Positions 48,100 through 57,276 of a DNA stretch of 64,000 nt are shown here, one piece after another. Below the pieces are notes generated by a model, which was not told the origin of the DNA, ran no database searches, and saw only the letters and a list, made by a program, of their open reading frames with translations. How positions within the stretch are numbered: the first letter of the stretch is position 1; every line of letters begins with the position of its first letter. The DNA is taken from the NCBI GenBank assembly GCA_963715865.1, contig OY970280.1:2176001-2240000 (forward strand), given 5' to 3'. The translations under genes and the position numbers were made by a program. Source of the DNA: Candidatus Bathyarchaeota archaeon. GTDB taxonomy: Archaea > Thermoproteota > Bathyarchaeia > Bathyarchaeales > Bathycorpusculaceae.

Positions 48100-48834
48100 T
48101 TAATTTTCATTGATATTTACTTTGCTTTCCTTTGCCAGTCTGATTCTTTCTTTAGTTGCTAACTTGTGGGCTTGCAGCAGCGGCTCCGGAATTCGACTTC
48201 TAGCGCAGTGCTTAACGATTTTGATGGCTGTTTCAAGGGACACCATGTGACCGATGCTCACATAAATGGGCTTGGCACCCTGCTTTGTTGTCACTACGGC
48301 ACCGATGATTTCGCCTTTATCAACCAAAAAGGTTTCCCCATCCATCTCAACTGGCGTGCCAATCAACCTGCTTTTTGCAGCGCCAATAGAGGGTTTTCCA
48401 ATCGCAAGACCAAGATGGCTGGCGAATCCACACCTATAGGGATGTGCTATTCCCTGTGCATCAACAAGGAACACATCAGGTTGAATCTTCAACTCTTTTA
48501 TTGCTGCCATCGCAGGCGGAATTTCTCTAAAGGACAGCAAAGTTGGAATATAGGGAATCTTAACTTGACGTGTTGCAACTTGAGTTTCCAAAAGCTTCAA
48601 AGACTCATAATCCAAAACTGATATGGCGCCGACGCCTAAACTCCCCAGATATGAAACGTCAACGCCGGCCACGGTTCTAATTTTTTGCCGTAACCTATCT
48701 TCCAAAATAATCTTCTTTGATAAACAAACCTGTGTCTCATGTGCTTTTTTTACTGAAAAATTCTTCGTTAACTTAGGCAATTCAAATGTTACCCTTTTCT
48801 GGCTTGCGCTTAGCTGTGCGTTTTGCTGGTTCAA
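48100..48834 (-). CDS. nfi: Endonuclease V
   Basis: VAGVDVSY, YIPTLLSFRE, VDAQGIAHP...GFASHLG, IGAAKS, RIPEP. True start probably near 48780. Confidence 0.93.
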   Translation of the reverse strand: MNQQNAQLSASQKRVTFELPKLTKNFSVKKAHETQVCLSKKIILEDRLRQKIRTVAGVDVSYLGSLGVGAISVLDYESLKLLETQVATRQVKIPYIPTLLSFREIPPAMAAIKELKIQPDVFLVDAQGIAHPYRCGFASHLGLAIGKPSIGAAKSRLIGTPVEMDGETFLVDKGEIIGAVVTTKQGAKPIYVSIGHMVSLETAIKIVKHCARSRIPEPLLQAHKLATKERIRLAKESKVNINEN

Positions 48835-49444
48835 ACCGCTTCAATTGATCCTCAAGGGATTTTCTACGAATTTCCAACGTGATGTCGCCGCGTGTAGTTT
48901 CGATTATTCTTCTTGCAATGTCAGATTTATGCCTGAGTCCTGGAACAAGCATGTAAGCCTCATCAAGAGCCAATAACTGAATGAAAACTTGATCCATGAT
49001 TTCCAAGCATTCTTCGCCTTTTTTAACTTTTCCTTCACGTAAATTATCTAGTGCTAAGCGCCTGTATTCACCTATTACATCTGCTAAACCAAGCACGTAA
49101 TCAACCGAAGGCACTTTAACCTCAGCTGGCGTTACAAAACGCGATTCCTTAAATAGCGTCGAAAATATGCGTGCTTCCGAATATTCCTGAAGTGCTGCAC
49201 TAAACATGCCGCCATAAACAATCTCAGGATACTCCTTAGCTAAATCCTGAAGGCTTGAAATTTTCTCTTTAGCACTCTCAATAAGTTTTTCAGCATCAAC
49301 ATATTTTTTTTGATGAATCAGAAGTATCGCTTGTTTGGAGAGGCTTGTTGCTTTCCGCATGCTTTCGTGGGTTTCTTCGCGAATCTTATTTTTTTGCATG
49401 AGTTCGTTTTTTACTTCTTGAAGAACAGTTTCTAAAGAGGACAA
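48782..49444 (-). CDS. Translin/TRAX family protein
   Basis: AALQEYSEA, DYVLGLADVIGEYRR, LRHKSD. Confidence 0.85.
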   Translation of the reverse strand: MSSLETVLQEVKNELMQKNKIREETHESMRKATSLSKQAILLIHQKKYVDAEKLIESAKEKISSLQDLAKEYPEIVYGGMFSAALQEYSEARIFSTLFKESRFVTPAEVKVPSVDYVLGLADVIGEYRRLALDNLREGKVKKGEECLEIMDQVFIQLLALDEAYMLVPGLRHKSDIARRIIETTRGDITLEIRRKSLEDQLKRFEPAKRTAKRKPEKGNI

Positions 49445-49522
49445 AATTACACCATATAATAGAATGATTGCTTAGTTATTTATTTCAATTTCTTAATAAA
49501 AGAAGTTTAGCTTTGCCTATGT

Positions 49523-49714
49523 TTATGGCTGTTCTGATCCAGTCCATTTCTCGATGAGAAGTTTACTATCTCCTAAGACGAAGCTTACTTTGACGAACTT
49601 TGAATCTGTTACTTTAAATGGAAACATGCTGTCTTCCGCTAAGTCTTTGGGAAGGTAGACAAGGTATTTACCATCCTTTCTTCTGAACAAGCGCCCTCTT
49701 CCTTCGCTTACCAT
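49523..49714 (-). CDS. Small AbrB/SpoVT-like (swapped-hairpin) protein
   Basis: 63 aa, GKYLVYLPKDLAED...VKVSFV..KLLIEK pattern. Confidence 0.45.
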   Translation of the reverse strand: MVSEGRGRLFRRKDGKYLVYLPKDLAEDSMFPFKVTDSKFVKVSFVLGDSKLLIEKWTGSEQP

Positions 49715-49804
49715 AGTAACAACCGCTTGATTGAACAGTTAAAGCATAAGGGCAAAAAATAAGTATTTAAATTTATCCGACCCGCAAATTCTCAAAATAC
49801 GGCT

Positions 49805-50767
49805 TCAGTTGGTTCCAACCTGAATAGGCTTCTCCAGCTTGCTCAATAATACCACTCTGCTCTCTGGAGCTTCATCAATAATCTTGTACCCAGTCTTCTC
49901 CGCTAACTGCCCAGCAAAATCCCTGACTTCGCTGTGCAAAGGCATGTTTTCAAAGCCCAAGCGGAGATTTGAAAAACCAATATGCATGTACGCTTTTGCT
50001 TCAATGTACGTGGGATTGGCTTTTTCGACAAGTTTAGCATATTCATCTACATGGTTCATGTTGTGCTCTTTAACCAGCGTCATGCGAATTACCGTGGGAC
50101 AACGGAAACTCTGCAATAAACCAAGCGTGTCGTTTAATTTTGCCCAAGCGCTGGGAAATTGAGGACGGCAAACCCGCTTGTATACCTGCTCGTTTGGTGC
50201 ACATACTGAAATATAGAGTTGCGTGGGTTCTTGGCTTAGTTTTGAAAGTTTAGCTGGCAAAGTGCCATTGGATACGAGAAAAGTGGTGAAGCCTTTTTGG
50301 TGAAATGTTTGAATTAACTCTCCGAGCGGCTCGTAAAGCGTTGGTTCCCCAGTCAAACTTATCGCAACATGCTTAGGCGTTAGGGCTTCTTGAAATTTGT
50401 GCCAGTTTGTTTTTGGGTTTCCTTTGTATCCGGTTAAAATTTTCTCTTGTGCCCTCAGGCTTCCCTGAATAATTTCCTCTGGTGAGTCTACTCTTGGAAT
50501 TTTCATCTCATCCCAAGTAACCTGCAAGTCTCCGCTTTGGGCTCTCCAACAAAACAAGCATTGCTGTGTGCAATAGTAAAGTGAAGGCGACATTTGAATG
50601 CACCTATGCGATTTTATGCCATAAAACTTCTGTTTATAACACGGTCTATCATTAACTATAGATTCGTAAAGCCACTTACACCTTTTAACCGCTGAATGAT
50701 TGCCTACCAAATGGTATTTTTGCTTCTTTAAAGCCCCCGAAAGCGTGGCCGCAGTGTTTTTTTCCAA
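49805..50767 (-). CDS. taw1: 4-demethylwyosine synthase (radical SAM) Taw1/TYW1
   Basis: HSAVKRCKW, CYKQKFYGI.SHRC, CTQQCLFCWR, ISLTGEPTLY, EAKAYMHIG.S. Confidence 0.95.
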   Translation of the reverse strand: MEKNTAATLSGALKKQKYHLVGNHSAVKRCKWLYESIVNDRPCYKQKFYGIKSHRCIQMSPSLYYCTQQCLFCWRAQSGDLQVTWDEMKIPRVDSPEEIIQGSLRAQEKILTGYKGNPKTNWHKFQEALTPKHVAISLTGEPTLYEPLGELIQTFHQKGFTTFLVSNGTLPAKLSKLSQEPTQLYISVCAPNEQVYKRVCRPQFPSAWAKLNDTLGLLQSFRCPTVIRMTLVKEHNMNHVDEYAKLVEKANPTYIEAKAYMHIGFSNLRLGFENMPLHSEVRDFAGQLAEKTGYKIIDEAPESRVVLLSKLEKPIQVGTN

Positions 50768-50981
50768 GTTTCCACCGAAATTGATTAAACTTTAGAATCT
50801 TCCGTCTTTTAAAAATCCTGCGCTAAAATGAATTTTTAGCATGAAATCAATTTTGTTTCAGTTGTTTTAGCCTGTTTAGGTCTTCTATCCAACGGTTAAA
50901 TGGCAAAGTTTAAAATCATCTCTTAGTTAAATCATCAGTCATTACAGATGTTAATAGCTATCTATCGGAGAGCAAAGTGGT

Positions 50982-53083
50982 TTGAATAAAAAAATTGTTG
51001 CGGTCACCCTCTTAGTCTTAATGTCATTTGCTGTTGCGCTTACACCTTCCGACCATGTCTTTGGGCAAAATACCAACCTTGGCGTAAGCATTTTGCAGGT
51101 TTCTCCAGCAGGCTCATATATAAGCAACGGAACAAGCACATTAACTGGACCAGTAGGTTACGCGTTAAATCTTCAAGGAACCATTTACACGTCCAATGGT
51201 GCCTACCAAGTGATATTTGCTAACCAAGTTGTTGCCAGCGGCACTTCTGAGGGATATTACGTTAATGCGAACTTTAGTGTGCCTGAGGTTCCAAGCGGCA
51301 CTTATGCATTAAGGCTTAGAGACGTCCCAGCCAATGTAAACTCGACTGAAGACGATTTCCAAGTTACAATTGTCTACTCCATAAACGCGGTACCTTCACA
51401 AGTGCAGGAAGGTGGCAGTGTAGTGTTTAATGTTGCTGTCACTGGAGGAGACCCAGGCACGGCCTACAATGCGAACGTTTCTGTAACACTTCCAAGCCCA
51501 CTTAACACAGAATATTCAAAAATACTATCACTAGGGGCTACCAGCCAAAAAGGAACTGCAAATGCTCAAGTCACTTTCTAGATTCACTCACCAATTATAC
51601 GGGCTCATACACTGTCTACTTTAACCAGTCTGTTCCTTTGGCGCAAAGCCAATTTTCCGTAGGCTTCTTGGATTCAACCACATACCACAGAGGCCAAACA
51701 GCGACAATAAACGCGATAGGTTACCAACCGAACCAAGCTGCAACACTGAGCATCACCAGCTCAAGCGGTACCAGTCTCGACTCTGAATCACTAACAGCAT
51801 CGGATGCTGGCGTAATCAGTACAACATGGGTAGTTCCCTCTAACGCTGCGACTGGAGCTTATACTGTAAAAATAACTCCTCAAGGCACCCAGAAATCGAT
51901 ACAAGACTCACAGAGTTTTTCGATTATCGGATATGCCGTCACAATTAAAACGGTAAACCTAGCAGGTGAAGTTGTTCCTCAAATACAAATTCAAGCCACA
52001 GATCAAGCAACCAACACAGTTTATAACAGTACCAGCGGATCAGACGGCGTAGCCAACTTCAATCTTGAAACAGGCACTCTGTCTTTGACTGCATTTCGGA
52101 ACGGTGTTAACGTAGGGCAAAGCAACATAACAGTCACCGGTAACGGCGCTTTCAATTTGCAATGCCAATTAACTGATCTTAAAATAATAGTTCAAAATGA
52201 AAACGGTGTTCCAATTCCGTTTGTGAACTTAGCCATTACATATCAATATCAATTGACAAACGGTGGCTCTTCTCAAACAGGAAATGCTTCTGGCCAGACA
52301 GATCCTTCAGGAGCCTTCATGTTAAACTCTACCCTAACCGGAATAAGCTATACTATCAACGCTTTATTATACAATCAAGTTTTCAACTCAGGCAATAACA
52401 CCGCTAATAATGTTCCAGCACAGGCGATCTCAGAAATAGTGATAACATGTCCAAATGAACCATTAAGCATTAATGTAGTTGGTTATAACCAAGCTGCAAT
52501 CCCTGGTGCACGCATAGAACTTGTTGAATTAACAAGTGGCTTGTTCTATACTGCTTCAACTGACAGCTCCGGCTCAGTCACCAGCCAAGTTACCTTTGGA
52601 ATGTACAGAGCAAGAATTTACAAAGATAACATTCTGATTAATGAAACAAACATCCAAGTCTTCAGCAGCACGCAAAAACAAATACAGTGCACTCTCTACG
52701 GCATCCAAGTATCAGTATCAGTCGTGGACTTTTTCGGTCGGCCAATTCCAAATGCTAATGTTACATTAAATGGACCGGAAACAGAGCGCTTCTCCGCTAT
52801 AACTAAAGGCGATGGAACTGCAACCTTCAGTAATGTTATTGGTGGCGATATGCAAATTGTAGCGTTTGCTTCAGGAGCACAGAATGGTTATCAAGCCGTA
52901 ACCCTCACTGTTGTTCAGCCAACTTCAGTTCAGATAAAAATTGATAGGTATATTGCTCTCGGGTCACTCTTGATACAAACAAGTTCCCTGATCACCATAG
53001 CCGTAATATTGGTAGCCGTAATCCTGTTCGCTGCCGTGGAAATTTACAGGCGAAAAAGAGTTAAACATACCCTTGAAAGCTAA
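50982..53083 (+). pseudogene. Secreted, C-terminally anchored beta-rich surface protein split by a 1-nt frameshift (ORFs 50982-51581 and 51638-53083)
   Basis: ORF1 has a signal peptide but no anchor. ORF2 has a C-terminal TM + RRKR tail but no signal peptide, and its frame stays open back across the ORF1 stop (FLDSLTNYTGSYTVYFNQS). One extra base near 51575 would give about 700 aa. Confidence 0.65.
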
Positions 53084-53184
53084 ATATGCAATTTCACCCT
53101 TGACAAGAAAAAAGTTTATATTGCTTCCAATAAACATAAAGAAAATACAAGGATAAAACATCAACAATTTGATTTTGATTTGAG

Positions 53185-53484
53185 GTGTATCTATTGGCTC
53201 AATCAAAAGCTTGTTCTCCAACATGCCCATCTTTTAAGTGCGCCAAAAAATCTACCTTCTACCGACGAGACACCGTTTGGTGTAGATTGACCGAAGAAAT
53301 GTGCAACGTCGCAAACTGCACCTACTCTATGTGCATAAAAAGGCGGCTGCTACCACGAGGAATATGCGGCGAAACCGTCAAACGCAAAACCGTTGAAAAA
53401 GACCTTGACGATGATTTCTTGGGTGAATCAATAAAACTTAAAGGAAAAGCATTGCGCAAACTCGGAGACAAAGAAATCTTTTAA
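53185..53484 (+). CDS. Cys-rich hypothetical protein
   Basis: 99 aa with 8 Cys in the N-terminal 61 residues and a charged tail. Confidence 0.65.
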   Translation: MYLLAQSKACSPTCPSFKCAKKSTFYRRDTVWCRLTEEMCNVANCTYSMCIKRRLLPRGICGETVKRKTVEKDLDDDFLGESIKLKGKALRKLGDKEIF

Positions 53485-53509
53485 ATATGAACTGAAAACT
53501 AAAACTGAG

Positions 53510-53532
53510 AACTCGTGCTAAAAGTACGAGTT
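53510..53532. terminator. Hairpin between convergent genes
   Basis: AACTCGTGC-TAAAA-GTACGAGTT, a 9-bp stem with one G-U, followed by T/pyrimidine-rich sequence. Confidence 0.45.
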
Positions 53533-53540
53533 TCCCCTTC

Positions 53541-53702
53541 TTATTTTGATTGAACACGTTTAACTACTGGCGGTTTAACTTTCTTTAGAATCCTGTAACC
53601 ACAGATGATACATTTAGTTTCTCCACCACGTAGCTCTAATTCTTCAGATGGCACTTTTGCCCCGCATCTCGTGCATTCGTAAACAATTCCTGACTTTTCC
53701 AT
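53541..53702 (-). CDS. rpoP: RNA polymerase subunit Rpo12 (RpoP; 53 aa, below the ORF-track cutoff)
   Basis: Manual translation: MEKSGIVYECTRCGAKVPSEELELRGGETKCIICGYRILKKVKPPVVKRVQSK. Confidence 0.92.
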   Translation of the reverse strand: MEKSGIVYECTRCGAKVPSEELELRGGETKCIICGYRILKKVKPPVVKRVQSK

Positions 53703-53781
53703 AAGAAACGCCTCTTCCTACAAAGGAAAGTATTTTGCTTTTAAACATTTCCAATACTTTATCACTAATGAGGATGCGCAG

Positions 53782-54648
53782 TTGAGAAAACGACTTCGAA
53801 AAAAACTCTCCGCCGCTTTCTCTTCGGAAGAGTTAAACCAAATTTACAATTCCTTCGATATAATAGGCGACATCGCAATCATCAAAATGCCAAACGCCAA
53901 TCCAGTTAACGCTGAAACAGTAGCAAACCACATAATGGCTGTACATAGAAACGTGAAAACAGTTTTTGCCCAAACTAGTCCCATCTTGGGCGATTTTAGA
54001 GTTAGAGAGTTAAGGTTGTTGGCGGGCGAAGACAAAACAAGCACCAAATATAGAGAATCAGGTTGCGTGTTCGCTGTTGATGTTGAGAAATGTTATTTTT
54101 CACCCAGGCTTTCGCACGAGAGATTACGGGTCGCAAGCATGGTTAAGCCTGGCGAGACAGTTGTTAACATGTTTGCAGGCGTAGGCTGCTTTAGCATAAT
54201 AATCGCCAAGACCGTAGGCCAAACCAAAGTGTTCTCAATCGACGTTAACCCAACCGCAGTCAAATACATGGAGGAGAACGTTAGAATCAACAGGGTCTAC
54301 GGTAAAGTAATCCCATTGCTTGGTGACTCAAAAGAAATTATCGATGCTCAACTGCAGGGGAAGGCTGACCGTGTCTTGATGCCTTTGCCTGAAAAAGCCC
54401 TCGAATATTTGCCCTACGCAGTTTCAGCGCTCAAAAAACCTGGCGGTTGGATCCACTACTATGATTTCCAACATGCAACGGGCAACGAAAAACCAGTTGA
54501 GAAAACCAAGCTGAAAGCAGCCCAAAAACTTGATAGCCTCGGCGTAGGTTACAATTTTGCTTTTTCTCGTGTGGTTCGAAGTACTGGTCCTAACTGGTAC
54601 CAAACCGTTTTGGATATACTGGTCGTTTCTTTGCCAAGCAAGTTTTAA
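53782..54648 (+). CDS. Trm5/Taw2-family tRNA methyltransferase
   Basis: FDIIGDIAII, YFSPRLSHER, NMFAGVGCF, IDVNP.A, DRVLMPLP, GWIHYY. Confidence 0.88.
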   Translation: MRKRLRKKLSAAFSSEELNQIYNSFDIIGDIAIIKMPNANPVNAETVANHIMAVHRNVKTVFAQTSPILGDFRVRELRLLAGEDKTSTKYRESGCVFAVDVEKCYFSPRLSHERLRVASMVKPGETVVNMFAGVGCFSIIIAKTVGQTKVFSIDVNPTAVKYMEENVRINRVYGKVIPLLGDSKEIIDAQLQGKADRVLMPLPEKALEYLPYAVSALKKPGGWIHYYDFQHATGNEKPVEKTKLKAAQKLDSLGVGYNFAFSRVVRSTGPNWYQTVLDILVVSLPSKF

Positions 54649-54684
54649 TAACTCAGCCGTTAACTAATTATTTTGTGAAGTAAA

Positions 54685-54954
54685 TTGAAGCGAAAACTAA
54701 TGGAAATCTTAGCCTGCCCCATAGACAAGTACCATCCACTTGAACTTCATGTTTTCGAAGAAAAAGACGAAATAGTGGAAGGATTAATCGTCTGCCCCAA
54801 ATGTTTACGCTGGTACCCGATAAGAGACGAAATTCCAGAAATGTTACCTGATGAGCTGCGGAAAGAAGCTGAAGACCTGCCTTTCTTGAAGAAATGGAAG
54901 GCAAAAATCCCTGAAAAAATAGTGTCCGAAGGAAAACCCTTCAACTTAAAATAA
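54685..54954 (+). CDS. trm112: Trm112-family methyltransferase activator
   Basis: LMEILACP.DK..PL, EGLIVCPKC.RWYPI.DEIP.MLPDELR. Confidence 0.9.
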   Translation: MKRKLMEILACPIDKYHPLELHVFEEKDEIVEGLIVCPKCLRWYPIRDEIPEMLPDELRKEAEDLPFLKKWKAKIPEKIVSEGKPFNLK

Positions 54955-54956
54955 GT

Positions 54957-55907
54957 TTATCTTTTTAGTTTTATTGCCCTGTTTTTAATCGAGGATTGCA
55001 TGGCGGCTTGAGCGATTTCTAGGGCTTTTACGCCGTCATCTCCTGTTATGAGTTGCTTTTTCTTTTCAAGTATGCATTCTGCAAAGTGTTGAAGTTCAAG
55101 TTTTAAAGGTTCTTGGAATGGGTATCTTGGCTGCACGGACTCTTTTTGCTGTTCAATCCATAGGTCTTGAGTTATGTAATCCAGTCTCATTATGGCGTCG
55201 CTTCCAGTGACCGTTAACGTTCGTGTTTTATAGGGTGTTAACCAGTTGGATTCTATGAAAGCGCTTTCTCTATCCTTGTATGTGAGCATTATGTGGGCGT
55301 AGTCTTCGAATTTTAGGTGCCTCATGCTTCCCATTTTTGCGTAAACAGTAACGGGGTCCTGCTTGGATATGAATCGCATGACATCTATGTCATGTATGGC
55401 TGTGTCTTTAACTACTCCAACATCGCCTATTCTTTCAGGCCATTGGGAAACTCGTTTGGCGTTAGCACAGACTAATTCGCCGATTTTTTTGCTCTCCACC
55501 GCTTCACGAATGCTCTGCAGTCCAGGAATAAACCTCATCAAAAAACCTACGGTTAAGATTAGACCGTTTTGCTCTGCAGTTTCACAAAGCTTTTCCGCTT
55601 GCTTTGTGTTTGTGGCCATGGGTTTCTCAACCAGAACATGCTTTCCGGCTCTAAGGGCTTTGAGCGCTTCTTTTGCAAGGTGTGTTGACCATGTGCAAAC
55701 GCTTACGGCTTCGATTTCTTTATTCTTCAGCATTCGCGTGCTGTTTGTGTAGGCTTTTACGCCGTACTGGTTAGCCATGGTTTTGGCTCTTTCTGGGTTC
55801 ACATCACAAATTGCAATGAGTTCGGTTGAGGGCAGTTCTTTGTAGACTCTTATGTGATTTTTTCCCCAAGCACCTGTGCCGATTACTGCTACTCCAAGCT
55901 TCTTCAT
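54957..55907 (-). CDS. Gfo/Idh/MocA oxidoreductase (UDP-sugar 3-dehydrogenase-like)
   Basis: VIGTGAWG, VLVEKP, VGFLMRF, DVGVVKDTAIHDID. Confidence 0.88.
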   Translation of the reverse strand: MKKLGVAVIGTGAWGKNHIRVYKELPSTELIAICDVNPERAKTMANQYGVKAYTNSTRMLKNKEIEAVSVCTWSTHLAKEALKALRAGKHVLVEKPMATNTKQAEKLCETAEQNGLILTVGFLMRFIPGLQSIREAVESKKIGELVCANAKRVSQWPERIGDVGVVKDTAIHDIDVMRFISKQDPVTVYAKMGSMRHLKFEDYAHIMLTYKDRESAFIESNWLTPYKTRTLTVTGSDAIMRLDYITQDLWIEQQKESVQPRYPFQEPLKLELQHFAECILEKKKQLITGDDGVKALEIAQAAMQSSIKNRAIKLKR

Positions 55908-55909
55908 TT

Positions 55910-57244
55910 TTATCCAATTCCTCTTCCCAGTCCACGGTATATGAAGCCTTCTGTTTCCACTTTTTGAGGCTCCAATGCACCTGCTAAATCTACGATTACT
56001 GAGGGTGCTTTCGTTAATGGTTTAAGTTTCTTTAGGTTTAAGTGTTTAAACTGTTCCTCCCTCGTGAGTATCACTATGCAGTCCGTGTCTTCCACTGCTT
56101 CATTTAAGCTAGTCTTCACTACCCGCGAATCTAGTGGCTCTTTCTTTGCTGCAGGGTCGTAGAGGCTGGCTTTGGCGCCTTTCAACTCCAACATTTTAAC
56201 AAAAACGCTCGTAGCTGTACTCGGGTTAACTGTGCCTAAAACGGCAACCCTTGCTCTTCTCAGCGTTTTGCCGCAGCTTCTCAGGGCACTTTGTGTTAAA
56301 TTAACCGCGTGTTTAACCATGTCTTCGTTTATTTGCCTTGCCAAAGCTGGAAGCCTAAGTTTAGCATTAAGATTCTCTGCGCTTTCAAGCAAAAGATATG
56401 CTTCGTTCTTATTTTCTTCCTCGACAATTGTCGGCCAAAAACTCTGGTCATTGAAATCCAACAATTTTGAAACCTCAAAGTAGTCTATGTTTGCGTTTTC
56501 GCAGAAAACCGCCAACTCGTTAGCTAAGGCTGTGTTTGTGTCTTGTTTTGCAACTGTGAAAAGCGTTGCTATTTCTGCTGTTTTGACATCGCTTATTTGT
56601 TTAACGTTTTTCGTTATTGTTTTCAGAATGTTTGTTGCTGCGTCTAGGCTGGTTTTTTCAATTCCAGCAACCTTCAACTCCAAGTTGGCCATCGGCTTGA
56701 TGAGTTTTGCGTCTGAGTTGCGTATCGGAATATAAGCTAAACCGAAACCCTGCCCCACCTTGAGACCTGATGTGTTCTCCAATGTTTCCTTCATTATTCC
56801 TTCAATGAAACCGAAACCTGCGACATCACCATAAATAACCAGTGCACTCGGGCGGAGTACGGCTCCAACTTGCTTGCAAGCGTTTACTGCTTCTGAGTAA
56901 TCAATTTTTTTCTTATCGTCAACTTTTGCTGGTACAGTTATAATTATTATATCGCCTTGTGAAACAGCCTTTTTTATGTCGCTCATGACGGTTAATTGCC
57001 CTGAGTTGATTAGACTTTTTAGCCTGCCTTCAACTTCTTGTTCTGGAAAGGATGTTTTTCCTTTTGCAACTTTTTTTATCACGCTTGGGTCGGCATCTGA
57101 GCATACAACTTTGAAGCCTGCGTCAGCGAAGGCGTTAGCGAAAAGGATTCCTTTTTGTCCGCATCCAATAACGCTCACAGTGTATTTTGAGCGTTTCTCG
57201 CTCGTGTCTATCTCGTCTGGTTTTAGGTTTAGAACTGCGGGCAT
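55910..57244 (-). CDS. UDP-glucose/GDP-mannose dehydrogenase family homolog with degenerate catalytic motifs
   Basis: Three-domain layout retained (VIGCGQKG...SD, ALANE, VAVLG, YDP), but no GGHC nucleophile and no catalytic KxxEN. Confidence 0.75.
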   Translation of the reverse strand: MPAVLNLKPDEIDTSEKRSKYTVSVIGCGQKGILFANAFADAGFKVVCSDADPSVIKKVAKGKTSFPEQEVEGRLKSLINSGQLTVMSDIKKAVSQGDIIIITVPAKVDDKKKIDYSEAVNACKQVGAVLRPSALVIYGDVAGFGFIEGIMKETLENTSGLKVGQGFGLAYIPIRNSDAKLIKPMANLELKVAGIEKTSLDAATNILKTITKNVKQISDVKTAEIATLFTVAKQDTNTALANELAVFCENANIDYFEVSKLLDFNDQSFWPTIVEEENKNEAYLLLESAENLNAKLRLPALARQINEDMVKHAVNLTQSALRSCGKTLRRARVAVLGTVNPSTATSVFVKMLELKGAKASLYDPAAKKEPLDSRVVKTSLNEAVEDTDCIVILTREEQFKHLNLKKLKPLTKAPSVIVDLAGALEPQKVETEGFIYRGLGRGIG

Positions 57245-57276
57245 TAACTGGTTTCTCCAATTTGCAATGGGGCTTG

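Noticed and set aside
50822-50840. Inverted repeat GCTAAAA-TGAAT-TTTTAGC between taw1 and the surface-protein gene
   Set aside because: A single AT-rich palindrome with no second copy or linked regulator; not distinguishable from chance.
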